Assembly: GCA_038321985.1 (NCBI GenBank)
Contig: JBBQFN010000002.1
Span: 224,001 to 288,000 of the forward strand
Direction of reading: 5' to 3'
Source: Cyanophyceae cyanobacterium
Lineage (GTDB): Bacteria > Cyanobacteriota > Cyanobacteriia > Cyanobacteriales > Laspinemataceae
Length of the DNA stretch: 64,000 nt
Below the pieces are notes generated by a model. That model was not told where the DNA came from. It worked only from the letters and a program-made list of their open reading frames with translations, and searched no databases. How positions within the stretch are numbered: position 1 is the stretch's first letter; every line of letters begins with the position of its first letter. This document shows positions 39,778-51,404 of the stretch, one piece after another. The translations under genes were made by a program, and so were the position numbers.

Positions 39778-40476
39778 TTATTCGTGAATCCGACCATCTG
39801 GCATGATTGCTCCGGTTAATTTTGTGCCAATTAGTTTTACAAAAATGCGTTCTTTTGTCCCGATTTTAGCCCCGCGTAAGTCAGCGCCCGTTAAATCGGC
39901 TCCACTCAAATCAGCTCCAATTAAATTAACATTTTGCAAGTTGGCATAGGTGAGATTCGCTTGCAATAAATTGGCTCGGAATAAATTTGCTCCTTGTAAA
40001 TTTGCGCCCGATAAATTAATTTTGTGTAAAAAGCCATCACTGAGGTCAGCTTGACTGAGGTTAGCATGGCTTAAATTTCTGCCCGATAAATCCTTTTCGC
40101 GTAGATTGGCACCGCGTAAATCCGTTCCGGTTAAGTCAGGATCCGGAGGTTTGGGCGATCGCCTCTGAGAGTAAGGATTAGCAGGTTCGCGATCGCTCCT
40201 TGGGGGAGAGTTGGCATAACCGGCGGTGGATTTGCTGTTAGGGTATGCTCCAGAGGACCGATCTCTGGACTTTGCGGGACTTTCTCGCAGGCGATCGCGG
40301 GCTTCATTAATTAGTTTTAATTTTTCTTGGGCTTTGGAAACCAGACGGGCATTATCCTTGGGAATGCGATCAGGATGCCAAATAAACGCCAAATCTTTAT
40401 ACGCCTGGTTCACTTCATCTAGTGAGGCTCCAGGCTCTAACCCCAGTTCTCGGTAGTATTTATCCAGCTCGTTCAT
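39778..40476 (-). CDS. J-domain (DnaJ type C) plus pentapeptide repeat protein
   Basis: YYRELGL...WHPD...KLKLINEA, followed by A(D/N)L repeats. Confidence 0.92.
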   Translation of the reverse strand: MNELDKYYRELGLEPGASLDEVNQAYKDLAFIWHPDRIPKDNARLVSKAQEKLKLINEARDRLRESPAKSRDRSSGAYPNSKSTAGYANSPPRSDREPANPYSQRRSPKPPDPDLTGTDLRGANLREKDLSGRNLSHANLSQADLSDGFLHKINLSGANLQGANLFRANLLQANLTYANLQNVNLIGADLSGADLTGADLRGAKIGTKERIFVKLIGTKLTGAIMPDGRIHE

Positions 40477-41109
40477 TTGCGATCGCTCTACCCTATCAAT
40501 GATCCGTGGCGTGATTGGCTCCGAACTCTGAAAGAAATACTCCCTCGGTTCGGGGTTAACGTTTCCAGGGTAGCACCTGAAAGGAGGGTTTCGCCTTCTA
40601 CTCTGTCCCCTTGTGCCTTAAGGCTCAGATCTGGCGCAGGTTTTCTGGACAGACTGGTTTCACGCCTAGGGGAGGGGAGATCACAGGAGCAAGCCTTTTC
40701 AGGTTTACTCCACTGCACTCAGTGGAAGTCCAGCCGCCCCTTAAAACAGGAGAGTCTCCCCAATAGCATTTTATTTTGAAAAAAATGTTCAAGGTGATCA
40801 AATCTGTGCACCGCGTCTAAACTATCCTGATTATCTTCCTTTATTTTTATCGGAATTCGCCCTTTGATTCGGCTTCAGCGACTGTATCAATTAAGGAGTA
40901 ATATTAAACCAGATTAAATCTCAATTATTAAAGCCAGTGGGTTGGACCGACCCTGTTCAACCCTAACCCCAGAAGCACCAAGACATCAAGGAGTCCCGTT
41001 GAGTTTTTCTTCCTTCAACCGAAATTTCCCGAAAATTGAAGGAATTTTTTTCAACACGTGGGAGCTAAATTAACGAAGTTAATATAAAAAAGTTAAACTT
41101 ACTAACCTT

Positions 41110-42837
41110 TTGTTCAAACGCTCCAGGCCATTATTCGAGAAGTATCTATTGGTGGGAAAAATGATTCAAGTAAACAATACTATGCAGGAACAGTCTCGCC
41201 CATTGTTCCCGATGCAAGCTGATTCTAATTATAGAATGATCCTGTTATCCGCTTCTCGGATAGCCAGTATTACCGTTATTTTGATTGGCTGCATGGTCAT
41301 GTTAGGATGGATTTTAGATATCCCAGCACTGAAAAGCGTCCTCCCCGGCTTAGTGACGATGAAAGCCAATACAGCAATGGGATTTATCCTGGCAGGAACC
41401 TGTGTCAGTTTGTGGCATCGCGGGTCCAGAAATAGTCAGCTCAGGCGGGCGGCTTTAATTTGTGCCATTCTAGTTATGGCTTTAGGACTGTTGACTTTAA
41501 TGCAGTATGGGTTTGGCATCAATTTAGGCATTGACCAACTGCTTATTAAAGAATCCGTGGGTGCAGTAGCCACAGCGACGCCCGGAAGAATGGCACCGAA
41601 TTCGGCGTTTAATTTTCTGTTATTGGGTTCTGCTTTAGTGCTGATTTGTATTCCTCGACCTAACTATTTAGCGGCCCAACTTTTTACAATTTTGGGCTTT
41701 TTAATCGCGTTTTTTGGGTTATTAGGATATTTATATGGCAATGCCATTTTTTATCGCTTAAATCCAGCTTTTACGGCGATGGCCGTGCATACAGCCGTAG
41801 GATTTATTTTATTGTGCTTTGCGGTGATGTTTGCCCGTCTTGACGCCGGAATTATGGCAACGATCGCCAGTCCCACGGCTGGGGGTTTGATGGCACGAAA
41901 GCTTTATCCCGCTGCGATTGGTCTCCCTCCGTTGTTATGTTGGATTGTTTTAGCGGGGTGGCGAGCAGAGCTATACACCGCAGAAATGGGTATTTCGCTT
42001 TTAGGGATATTAAATGTGATCGTTTTTTGCGGGTTAATCTGGTGGAATGCCTGGACCCTGGGAAATATTGATAGCCAGCGACTTCAGGCAGAAATAGGTC
42101 TAAAACAGGCGTTTGAATCTTTAGAATACACCGCCCGAATTCAAAAAACTCTCTCTACAGAGTTGGCAACAGCATTTTCTCAAATTAGAACAACGATGAA
42201 TGAATTGGAGGCGTCTGCAAGTGCTACGGCAGAGCAAGCAAAGGCGGCAGATGCTCAAGCACATCGATCGCGAATGCTTTCATCCGGTGGAAAGCTGGCG
42301 GTAGATCGCACTCAAACTGGGATGCATACGTTAGAACAAAAGGTGGGAGCGATCGCTGGGGAGATTATACGCACTCAGCAGCAGGCGGCTCAAATTGGGG
42401 AGATTTCTCGGGTGGTCAGTCATTTAGCCACTCAAACGAATATCCTAGCGTTAAATGCCGCGATCGAAGCGAGTCGTGCTGGAGAACAGGGGAAGGGATT
42501 TGGGGTAGTTGCCAGCGAAATTCGTTCTTTAGCGGACCAAAGTAAGGTGTTGGCGCAAAAGATTAGTAACTTAATTAACGATATCCAGACGGCGATCACC
42601 TCTACAGTGACGGTAACCGATGAGGGAATTGAAACGGTACAAACTGGGGTAGAGATCGTTCAGGAAATGGCCGAAGCCTTTGAGGGGGTTGCCCAAGCTA
42701 TCGACAAAATCTTTATCAATAATCAAAATATTGCATTAACGGCGCAACAGCAAGCAGCGGCGATCGCTCAGGTGGTTAATGTCATGAATGCGCTCGATCT
42801 GGACGCTCACGAAACGCTTATCCATCACCAGAATTGA
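41110..42837 (+). CDS. Methyl-accepting chemotaxis protein with multi-TM sensor
   Basis: About 7 TM segments ([19 protein letters not shown]) and the MCP tip [34 protein letters not shown]. The start is probably about 41161-41212. Confidence 0.92.
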   Translation: MFKRSRPLFEKYLLVGKMIQVNNTMQEQSRPLFPMQADSNYRMILLSASRIASITVILIGCMVMLGWILDIPALKSVLPGLVTMKANTAMGFILAGTCVSLWHRGSRNSQLRRAALICAILVMALGLLTLMQYGFGINLGIDQLLIKESVGAVATATPGRMAPNSAFNFLLLGSALVLICIPRPNYLAAQLFTILGFLIAFFGLLGYLYGNAIFYRLNPAFTAMAVHTAVGFILLCFAVMFARLDAGIMATIASPTAGGLMARKLYPAAIGLPPLLCWIVLAGWRAELYTAEMGISLLGILNVIVFCGLIWWNAWTLGNIDSQRLQAEIGLKQAFESLEYTARIQKTLSTELATAFSQIRTTMNELEASASATAEQAKAADAQAHRSRMLSSGGKLAVDRTQTGMHTLEQKVGAIAGEIIRTQQQAAQIGEISRVVSHLATQTNILALNAAIEASRAGEQGKGFGVVASEIRSLADQSKVLAQKISNLINDIQTAITSTVTVTDEGIETVQTGVEIVQEMAEAFEGVAQAIDKIFINNQNIALTAQQQAAAIAQVVNVMNALDLDAHETLIHHQN

Positions 42838-43544
42838 GGGGGGACGACAGCGATCCTAGATGCGGCGATCGCTTTTAAACTTGATGGGTTATATCCCGAG
42901 TCGGGCGATCGCGCATATCCTAGATGTCAAAATTTCACTCCCCTGGTTGGGGTGAATTTTGGCAGTCCCTTTCCTCACCTTGTTATTAAAATTATTAAAA
43001 TAATTTAATAAATTTCTCTTTTTAAAATTTTATATTCTAAACAAATGAATAAATCACCCCTTGAATAGCGGAGTTTTAATTTTTTACTACGAACTAATTA
43101 ATTGATTTTTGATAGCAATAGTCGCTGAGTAATACGCTCAATCTCCCTCTGTTTGTAAACGAACTAGAATATCTCACTATACCTTACCTTAATTTAGATA
43201 CCCTATATCATACTCTAGCGGGGATGGATTTCCGAATCAACAGAATCCATCTTGACCGCTCCGGGTAACCCATTTAACCCCTTTTGAGGATTGAATGTTA
43301 GGGTAAAATTGACCCTAAAAATCTCTCAATTCTCGATTAGACAAGGATTTTGGTAAATCACTCCCTAGAAAAAACTGGATGAAACTTAAGAGTGATTTTT
43401 GATTTAGGTTGACGAACAGGGGAAAAGCAAAGCATAATTGAATATTGATGATATTCTAACCAAAGGGATTAATTCATTTTTTTGAATTTAACCCATCCCT
43501 AAACAATCAAACAAATGCAAACCCGAGCAAGGGTGAGGTAAAGT

Positions 43545-44978
43545 ATGGCAGAGTTATTGGATGTGGACTTTTATCGGGCTGTTAATACCGACTTACGGGG
43601 ACTAAATAACCAGCAAGCTAGGGACCATTTATTAAATTTTGGTCTGAATGAAGGACGGGTATTTTCACCGACTGTCGATTTAGACTTTTATCGACGGACT
43701 AATACAGACTTGGCAAGCGCCGGGTTGAACACCCGACGTCAACTCTTCGATCATTTGTCAACCTTTGGCGTCCGCGAAGGCCGTCAATTTTCATTAACCT
43801 TTAATCCGGCCTTCTATCAAAACAGAAATCCTGACTTGAGGGCGGCGGGTGTTAATGAGAACGAATCCTTATTCAATCACTACCAAAACTTTGGTATCAA
43901 CGAGGGTCGTGCTTCTGGACCCGGTTTTGACCCTAACTTTTATCGAGGAGTCAACCCCGACTTGCTGCAAGCAGGGTTCAATAATCGGCAGTTGCTGGAA
44001 CACTTTCAATTCATTGGGGTGAATGAGGGACGCACTTCATCTCCCAACTTTAACGCGCGCTTTTATTTAGCTACTAACCCCGATTTACAACCCGTATTCG
44101 GGACAAACTTTCGGCAGGCATTTGAACACTATTTATTGAACGGAATACGGGAAGGACGGACCAGTGCTCCGGGAACTGCACCCCTGCCACCCCTGGCACC
44201 CCTGCCACCGGCTCCGCTACTGCCTGTGGTTATGCCTCTGCCGCTTACAGTTCCAGGCAACACCCCACAAACTGCTCTGAATGCCGGGGTTCTCACGGCT
44301 ACTCAAATCTTTAATAGTGAAGTTTCCAATGTCAACTCCAATGGTTACTACCGCTTTAGTTTGGCGGGACCCACTAACTTAAATGTTGTAATTAATGGCA
44401 TGACTCAAGATGCCAAACTCGAACTTTTCTTGGACAGTAATAATGATGGGACAGTCAATGCCACAGAACGAGTAGGGCTTTCTCAACAACCGGGAACTCT
44501 TCAAGATTCCATCACCGGATTTTTCACCGCTGGTAACTATTTCGTTAATGTTTCTCAGGGAGTTCCGGGCGCTCAAACTCCGTACAACTTGAATTTGATT
44601 GCCACCCCAGTTACGGGAGATGTAGCGGGAAACGCCCCGAATAACGCGACCAATGTGGGAATTTTGTCCGGTACTCGCCGGATCGATGACTTTGTGGGGG
44701 ATTCGGACCCACAAGACTACTTCCGGTTTGTACTTAATGAGGCTAAAGACCTCAATTTATTCTTAACGGGTCTTAATGATGATGCAGATTTAAGACTCTA
44801 TCAAACGGTGAATAATAATGGGGCGATCGCCGAAGGAAACCTGATTGCTTCATCGATTCAAAGTGGGACCACGCCGGAAGCCATCAGCCGCAACTTGGCA
44901 GCCGGGGATTACCTTGTGCTTGTCTCTCCTGGTTTTCAGGGCGTAAATACGAATTACGGTCTAACCCTGACTACATAA
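43545..44978 (+). CDS. Repeat protein (5x FY..N.DL...H...G..EGR) with two PPC-like domains
   Basis: Five repeats of 37-40 aa, a Pro-rich linker, and two prepeptidase-C-like beta-domains (DPQDYFRF...DADLRL...AGDYLVLV...TNYGLTL). Confidence 0.8.
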   Translation: MAELLDVDFYRAVNTDLRGLNNQQARDHLLNFGLNEGRVFSPTVDLDFYRRTNTDLASAGLNTRRQLFDHLSTFGVREGRQFSLTFNPAFYQNRNPDLRAAGVNENESLFNHYQNFGINEGRASGPGFDPNFYRGVNPDLLQAGFNNRQLLEHFQFIGVNEGRTSSPNFNARFYLATNPDLQPVFGTNFRQAFEHYLLNGIREGRTSAPGTAPLPPLAPLPPAPLLPVVMPLPLTVPGNTPQTALNAGVLTATQIFNSEVSNVNSNGYYRFSLAGPTNLNVVINGMTQDAKLELFLDSNNDGTVNATERVGLSQQPGTLQDSITGFFTAGNYFVNVSQGVPGAQTPYNLNLIATPVTGDVAGNAPNNATNVGILSGTRRIDDFVGDSDPQDYFRFVLNEAKDLNLFLTGLNDDADLRLYQTVNNNGAIAEGNLIASSIQSGTTPEAISRNLAAGDYLVLVSPGFQGVNTNYGLTLTT

Positions 44979-45013
44979 AGCGCTACAATTCCTAGTTTCA
45001 ATCCACAACTAAC

Positions 45014-45048
45014 TCCTCTCAACAGCTAGATCATGCGGTGTTGAGAGG
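45014..45048 (+). terminator. Hairpin terminator
   Basis: CCTCTCAACA...TGTTGAGAGG followed by AATTTTT. Confidence 0.55.
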
Positions 45049-45353
45049 AATTTTTATTGGAAACGACAGGGTTTCTTGGCAAAATTTATACTTTCTGGGC
45101 ACTAACTCGGACTAGAAACCTGGTTTCTCGTTCCCCTGATCTAATACTGAACTGGCTCCGAGGCCAGAAGGGGATATTTAATAGCACGAGTACAGGCCAG
45201 GGGCTATGCTATCCTATTCTCTGATGGGAAACATTTCCCTCTAACAAACTCTTGATTTACGAGACCTGATGTTCCAGACTCTCCGGTGAGCTGGGCAGTC
45301 GCCGCTCCCGGATCTAACATAAAAAAATACCCTGAATGAGACAGAGGTAAGTT

Positions 45354-46373
45354 ATGGTTGTCAACCTATTTGATCCCCAATTTTATCGAGCTAACTTCTC
45401 CGACTTACAGAGCTTAGATGATACCCAAGTCGAGCAACACTTGCTTGATTTTGGTCTAGATGAGGGACGAAAATTTTCCCCAATCGTCGATCTCGACGTT
45501 TATCGCGCCAACAATCGCGACTTAGAATCTGCCGGGTTAACCAGCAATCGGCAGTTATTTGAACATTTGCGGGATTTTGGAGTCAATGAGGGACGGCGGT
45601 TTTCTCAGGTTTTTGATGCTTCTTTTTATCAAAATGCTTATCCTGACTTGACTGAGGCAGGGATTGAGACAAACGAACAACTTTTTGAACATTTCCGCAA
45701 TTTTGGATTGAGTGAAGGACGGCAGGGAATCCCCCCAACTGAACGCATAGCGATCGCCTCTACTCCCAGTCTATTCTCTGAAACCGTTCTGTTGCCTTCC
45801 AATCCTGATCCTCTAACTGGCTCCCCAGCCTTTTCCAGTCCATCATCGCCGGTTCAAACCTCTCTACCTGCTCCCGTCCCTTTTCCCATGAACATGACAG
45901 CGGAACCTCCCGGACCTCTTCCGGAAATTCCCCCCTTGGATGAGCCTGTGTCATTTGAACCCTTGCTCACAGATACCGGGGACACGCTCAATGCTGATCT
46001 GGGAATGAAGGCGAGTAACTTTAATGTGACCTTTAACGATCAGGTAGGGGGTCCCGATGACCTGAATGATTATTACCGTTTTCACGCGAATAGTGATAGC
46101 AGTTTCAACGCATCTATATCTGGCGCGGAATTGGGTTTAGAGGTTTATCGGGATACTAATCGAGATGGCACTCTTCAACCTGACGAAGTATTTATGGCGG
46201 GGGTGAATGGATTGAGGGGGCAAAGTGGTTTTGGAGGACCCACTACCTCAGTGAGTGGAAATTTAGTAGAAGGGGATTATTACGTTCGCGTTTTTGCAGC
46301 CAATGAAAATACGAACTATGACCTCACCTTATCTGTCTACTCTAACTTTGTTAATGTCCCTCCCCTGATTTAA
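45354..46373 (+). CDS. Paralogous repeat protein (3 repeats) with one PPC-like domain
   Basis: Same N-terminal repeats as 43545-44978, a Pro/Ser linker, and DLNDYYRF...EGDYYVRV...TNYDLTL. Confidence 0.8.
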   Translation: MVVNLFDPQFYRANFSDLQSLDDTQVEQHLLDFGLDEGRKFSPIVDLDVYRANNRDLESAGLTSNRQLFEHLRDFGVNEGRRFSQVFDASFYQNAYPDLTEAGIETNEQLFEHFRNFGLSEGRQGIPPTERIAIASTPSLFSETVLLPSNPDPLTGSPAFSSPSSPVQTSLPAPVPFPMNMTAEPPGPLPEIPPLDEPVSFEPLLTDTGDTLNADLGMKASNFNVTFNDQVGGPDDLNDYYRFHANSDSSFNASISGAELGLEVYRDTNRDGTLQPDEVFMAGVNGLRGQSGFGGPTTSVSGNLVEGDYYVRVFAANENTNYDLTLSVYSNFVNVPPLI

Positions 46374-46815
46374 CGGGTAGAGTCATTGCGGTAACTCCCT
46401 GGTTTTCGGGTTGTTCTCTAGGATGATGGAGGACTCGTCGTTCTGTTTACCATCATCCTCGGGCATTGGTATAGTTACCACTTCACAACAGCAGTGGCAT
46501 AATTAGCATTATTTCTAGATCTCTTGGAGCAGATCGCTTAATATATGGGTTAACTCAGAGAAACTCTGGGGATCTAGGTTTATGAATTCAAGGGTCCTGT
46601 GGTATCAAGGAGGCTGACATCAGGGGCTGCGGAACCCCAGTTGTAACCTGGCTAACGTTGGAACCGGAGGGAATTTTCCCATCGAGACTCCATCGTTCCC
46701 GGGAGAAGGACCGGGGCGATCGCCAGCCAACCCTGGGGACTCATAAATGCAGGTTAATCTCTAAGTGATGTTAAACAGGAAACTCCATTAACTATCTCAA
46801 CTTCGATAAATCGCC

Positions 46816-47097
46816 ATGCACACAATTCAATCTCAGACGACTCAATTGGAGCATCAAGACAAACTAACTGCACTCAAGTCATACTTCATGACTATGATTT
46901 CCCACGAATTAAGAACTCCCCTGACAACGATTTTGTTATCGGCGGATTTACTCGAATGTTATAGCACTAGCTGGTCCGACGAGAAAAAATTAAAGCACGT
47001 TCAGCAAATCCAAACTGCTGCCATTGAAATCACCAAGCTCATAGAAAGCGATAAATTTTCTGAAAAACTCCGAAAAGTGGCGAGTCAAATTCAATAA
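46816..47097 (+). CDS. Stand-alone HisKA (dimerisation/phosphoacceptor) domain protein
   Basis: H-box MISHELRTPLTTI; 93 aa; no HATPase domain follows. Confidence 0.8.
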   Translation: MHTIQSQTTQLEHQDKLTALKSYFMTMISHELRTPLTTILLSADLLECYSTSWSDEKKLKHVQQIQTAAIEITKLIESDKFSEKLRKVASQIQ

Positions 47098-47377
47098 GCA
47101 TTTTAAAAAGTGGAGATCCTCATTTTGTCCCCTTATCATTCTCGGGAGGTTGGCCGCGTTCGTCTGAAAACTCTCACATAAAATCCCCGAAAAAGTGGGA
47201 AAAGCCGCAGCAGTCGCCCCAATAATGCCTGTACCGCCAAAGGCCCGAGGTGAGGCAGCCAGCATGGGGGCGATCGCGCTGGTGAATGGCGATCCAGCAC
47301 AAAAAAAACCCCCTTTTGGGGGCGAGGATCTGAAAATAGCCAGGAGGCCAACTCCCGAAGCAGAGGCAGCCTCTTGA

Positions 47378-48001
47378 TTAAAACAAATACAAAATCGTAA
47401 ACAGCACAATCCAGACGACATCAACAAAGTGCCAATAGAGTTCTGCTGCTTCCGCTCCAAAATGACTTTTGCTGGAATAATGACCCGCCTTCAGCGACTG
47501 CCATAACACGGCCAAAATTAACAGCAACCCGAAGGTAACGTGTAATCCGTGAAATCCCGTTAGCACATAAAATGTGCTGGTAAAGATATTATCGGTCAGA
47601 CCAAAGCCAGTATGAAAATACTCATACAACTGTCCGACTAAGAAAACGGCACCCATCACCGCTGTGATAGCGAACCAAAATCGCAGACCCTTAACGTCAT
47701 TCTTCTTAATCGCTGCATTGCCGCGATTCATGACAAAACTGCTGGAAATCAGAATAATCGTGTTGACTCCAGGCAGCAAGAGTTCCATTTCCGGGGTGCC
47801 TTCCGGCGGCCATGCGGGGGAAACCGACCGGAATGTGAGATAAGCGGCAAATAATCCCAAAAAGATCATCGATTCCGCAACCAGAAATATGATTAGCCCA
47901 AAAATTCGATGATCCGGATGGTCGCCGTGATGACCCGCATGGGTTCCCGCACCGTGTTCGGCTTGTATAGCCACGTTGCTTGTGTCAATTGTGCCTTGCA
48001 T
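47378..48001 (-). CDS. ctaE: Cytochrome c oxidase subunit III
   Basis: FLVAESMIF, LTGFHGLHV, LYWHFVDVVW. ATG at 48001 preferred over the upstream TTG. Confidence 0.96.
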   Translation of the reverse strand: MQGTIDTSNVAIQAEHGAGTHAGHHGDHPDHRIFGLIIFLVAESMIFLGLFAAYLTFRSVSPAWPPEGTPEMELLLPGVNTIILISSSFVMNRGNAAIKKNDVKGLRFWFAITAVMGAVFLVGQLYEYFHTGFGLTDNIFTSTFYVLTGFHGLHVTFGLLLILAVLWQSLKAGHYSSKSHFGAEAAELYWHFVDVVWIVLFTILYLF

Positions 48002-48088
48002 AAGCAATATCTTTTGTAGAGTTTTTCGTGTGAGTGGGGGGCGACTGGGGTAGGCTCAGGCCCTCCCCCAAAAGCATTGTCGCCCCGA

Positions 48089-49789
48089 TTAGGAAACGGT
48101 TGGTCCCCCGGATAACATTGGAGTATTTGCTTGGGACTCGGGCATCGGTACGTTAGGGTTGCGATCGCCCATGCCGTAATCATAAGGCCCGGTCAACCTC
48201 ACAGGTTCCCCAATAAAGTTTTCAACCGGCGGGGGTGAAGCAGTCTGCCACTCCATCGTTAAAGCATCCCAGGGATTGCCCGATGCTTTGGGACCGGCTA
48301 TCCAACTCCAAACCGCATTGATGATTAACGGAACCGTAGAAACCGCCAGGATATATGCCCCTACAGTACAAACCATATTGACTGTGGCAAACTTGGGGTC
48401 ATACTCCGCCACCCGGCGAGGCATTCCTTGCAGTCCTAGATAGTGCATCGGCAAGAAACACAGGTTAAATCCGACCAAGGTTAAGACAAAATGCAGTTTG
48501 CCCAGGAATTCATTCATCATCCGTCCCGTCATCTTCGGGAACCAGTGATAGATTCCGCTATATAGACCGAAGACACTGCCGCCAAACAGGACGTAATGCA
48601 GGTGGGCGACAATGAAATAGGTATCGTGAACGTGAATGTCAAAGGGGACAGAAGCGACCATAATCCCACTAAGACCGCCGATCACGAACATGGAGACGAA
48701 ACCTAAACCAAACAGCATGGCACTGTTGAGGCGAAGTTTGCCACCCCAAACCGTTGCCAACCAGCTAAAGACTTTAATGCCTGTGGGAACGGCGATAATC
48801 ATGGTTGCTACCATGAAGAACATCCGCAACCAACCGGGAGTGCCACTGGTGAACATATGGTGCGCCCAGACAATCAATCCCAGGAAACTGATTGCCATAC
48901 TGGAATAGGCGATCGCCTGATATCCAAAAATCGGCTTGCGGGCGTGGACCGGCAAAATATCAGAAATCATTCCAAAAATCGGCAGAATCATAATATAAAC
49001 TGCCGGGTGGGAATAAAACCAGAACATATGCTGGTAAACCACCGGGTCCCCGCCTCCGGTTGGGTTAAAAAAGGCGGTTCCGGCAATCAAGTCAAATGCC
49101 AGGAGAATTAGCGCCCCTGCTAACACCGGAGTCGAGATTAAAATCAAAGCCGAAGCGGCTAGCATTGCCCAGCAGAACAAGGGCATATCATTTAATCCCA
49201 TTCCGGGCATCCGCATTTTCAGGATCGTGGTCAAAAAGTTGATCCCGCCCAAAATTGAGGAGGTTCCCAGCAATAGGACACTCAAAATCCAGATAAATTC
49301 CCCGGCTTTGTCTCCCGTTGTGCTTAACGGGGGATAGGAGGTCCAACCGGCACCGGCGGCACCCACAAAGAAGCTAGATAATAGCAGGATTCCGCCGGGG
49401 GGGATCAGCCAAAAGGCGATCGCATTCAACCGGGGGAAGGCCATATCCCGCGCCCCAATCATCAGGGGAATCAGGTAGTTGCCAAATGCCCCGGTACCTG
49501 CCGGAACGATCCACAGAAAAATCATGACTGTGGCATGGATCGTAAACAGACCGTTGTAGAGTTCGCGACTGACAAAATCAGACTCGGGGGTTGCTAGTTC
49601 CGTGCGAACACCCGTCGCCAGGGCACCGCCAATCAGATAAAAAATGAAGGTGCAGACCAGGTATTGAATCCCGATCACCTTATGGTCTGTACTAAAGCTA
49701 AAGTATTCTCGCCAAGGGGTATGTTCACCCGCTTCAACAGCGAGGGTTTCCCCGAGGTTACCTGTTTCTGGTTCGGTTACTTGTGCCAT
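48089..49789 (-). CDS. ctaD: Cytochrome c oxidase subunit I (aa3, A2-type)
   Basis: TDHKVIG, GWTSYPPL, FWFYSHPAVY, VWAHHMF, HDTYFIVAHLHY, GMPRR. Confidence 0.98.
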   Translation of the reverse strand: MAQVTEPETGNLGETLAVEAGEHTPWREYFSFSTDHKVIGIQYLVCTFIFYLIGGALATGVRTELATPESDFVSRELYNGLFTIHATVMIFLWIVPAGTGAFGNYLIPLMIGARDMAFPRLNAIAFWLIPPGGILLLSSFFVGAAGAGWTSYPPLSTTGDKAGEFIWILSVLLLGTSSILGGINFLTTILKMRMPGMGLNDMPLFCWAMLAASALILISTPVLAGALILLAFDLIAGTAFFNPTGGGDPVVYQHMFWFYSHPAVYIMILPIFGMISDILPVHARKPIFGYQAIAYSSMAISFLGLIVWAHHMFTSGTPGWLRMFFMVATMIIAVPTGIKVFSWLATVWGGKLRLNSAMLFGLGFVSMFVIGGLSGIMVASVPFDIHVHDTYFIVAHLHYVLFGGSVFGLYSGIYHWFPKMTGRMMNEFLGKLHFVLTLVGFNLCFLPMHYLGLQGMPRRVAEYDPKFATVNMVCTVGAYILAVSTVPLIINAVWSWIAGPKASGNPWDALTMEWQTASPPPVENFIGEPVRLTGPYDYGMGDRNPNVPMPESQANTPMLSGGPTVS

Positions 49790-49903
49790 AAATCAATTGT
49801 TATTACAGATGCGTCTGAAGTTCGCCCGCTTGTGGGAGATTATGGGTTTCATTCAGGGTTAGGGAACGAGTACCATTTCTCCCCTAGCTGGGAAATCCCC
49901 GGG

Positions 49904-50917
49904 TTAAATGGCGCGATCGCCTCCATGGTGTTCTGCATGGAGTTGTTTGAGGACTTCTCCATGAATGCCCATTTCGGTAGCTAGCGGTTGCAGATAGTCC
50001 GGTTCCGATAAGTCTGCCGGATTCATTGCCAAAGTTTCAGTTCCCTCGGATTGGGCAGCAATCTGACTTTGTAACCACGCCTGGAAATCTTCTGGGGTCT
50101 GGACGATGACGCGGGTTTTCATGCCTCCATGATAGGACCCACACAGTTCGGCACAGACGACGGAGTATTCTCCGACGACTTGGGGCACGAAGCGCAACTC
50201 GCTTTGGCGTCCCGGGATGGCATCTTGTTTGAGGCGAAATTCAGGAATCCACAGGGAGTGAATCACATCATTAGCGCTAATCGTCAGTTCTACCTCTTTT
50301 CCAGCGGGTAAATGCAATTCCGCAGCGGTGACGCCACTCTCGGGATAGGTAAAAATCCAGGCAAACTGGAGTCCCAGGACGTTGACGCTGACAAAAGGAT
50401 CTACTCCTTGAGTGCGGGGAGATGCGCCAACCCCGAGGGCGACGAGTCTACCCGGTGTTTCACGGTTGGCGATGGGTGTTTCTTCTCCGGGCAAAGCAGC
50501 GGCGATCGCTGCCCCCGGTTGGACTTTATGGGCCATATGGGATTCATGGGATGCCATTGGATCTAGGCCCCCCATTGAGTTGTACACCTCAAAGCTGTAC
50601 ACACCGATGCCCATAATGATGATGGCTGGGATCGCAGTCCAGAGAATTTCTAAGGGAACGTTGCCGTGAATGGGTGGCCCATCGGTATTATCATCGGCAC
50701 GCTTTCTAAATTTGAACATGGAAATCACGATGATCCCTTGCACGATCAGAAATAGACCGGTGGAAATGGTCATCATCATGTTGAACAGTTTATCGATTCG
50801 AGGCGCTTCCTCTGAGGCCGCAATTGGCATGAGGTTATGATTCTGGCCGACCCACAAGCTCACGAGCGTGATGGTGATGCCTGCTATCATGGTCCAAATA
50901 GCACTGGGTACTTTCAC
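49904..50917 (-). CDS. ctaC: Cytochrome c oxidase subunit II
   Basis: LEILWTAIP; CuA ligands DVIHS and CAELCGSYHGGM. Confidence 0.97.
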   Translation of the reverse strand: MKVPSAIWTMIAGITITLVSLWVGQNHNLMPIAASEEAPRIDKLFNMMMTISTGLFLIVQGIIVISMFKFRKRADDNTDGPPIHGNVPLEILWTAIPAIIIMGIGVYSFEVYNSMGGLDPMASHESHMAHKVQPGAAIAAALPGEETPIANRETPGRLVALGVGASPRTQGVDPFVSVNVLGLQFAWIFTYPESGVTAAELHLPAGKEVELTISANDVIHSLWIPEFRLKQDAIPGRQSELRFVPQVVGEYSVVCAELCGSYHGGMKTRVIVQTPEDFQAWLQSQIAAQSEGTETLAMNPADLSEPDYLQPLATEMGIHGEVLKQLHAEHHGGDRAI

Positions 50918-51117
50918 TTCAACCTCCTTGATGAGAAACTTGGCCGCGATCGGCGACGCCGAGTGCTGTGTCGCAACAGTTTTTTGTTACTCCAATTGCT
51001 AAGTTAGCAATTTTTCGGGTCCTCTGTATCAGTTAAGGGTATATTCAGTCTCTCAATTGCCCACCCTGTGGGGAGAAATTTTAAGATTTCTGGGGAATTG
51101 AGGCCGGGTATCCCACG

Positions 51118-51179
51118 GGGATAACGGTTGAAACTGTCACTATGAACTGGGATAACGGTTGAAACCGTCGCTACGAACT
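51118..51179. repeat. Tandem pair of 31-bp GTAG-type REP-like units
   Basis: GGGATAACGGTTGAAACTGTCACTATGAACT followed by GGGATAACGGTTGAAACCGTCGCTACGAACT; internal palindrome ACGGTT-g-AAACCGT. Confidence 0.8.
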
Positions 51180-51404
51180 GAGATTTATGAAGAAAGGTTA
51201 ACTTTTGGGGAGAGATTGTCAGGAAATCCCGGCAATTTTTACCGGAGGGAAAATAGGGTAAAAGCTTGTCGCTCTCGATTCGGACTCGCTACTGTAGAAA
51301 AAAGAGCGGATTGTGGGATTGGGGGTAAAGGATAAACTGCCTAAGAGTAATTACTCAGTTTAATTTAACATAAGGAACGAAAAGGACGCGAAGGAGTAGC
51401 AATT

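Noticed and set aside
40570..40708. Possible MITE with ACCTGAAAGG / CCTTTTCAGGT ends
   Set aside because: Short imperfect inverted repeat, no target-site duplication, and no second copy in the window.
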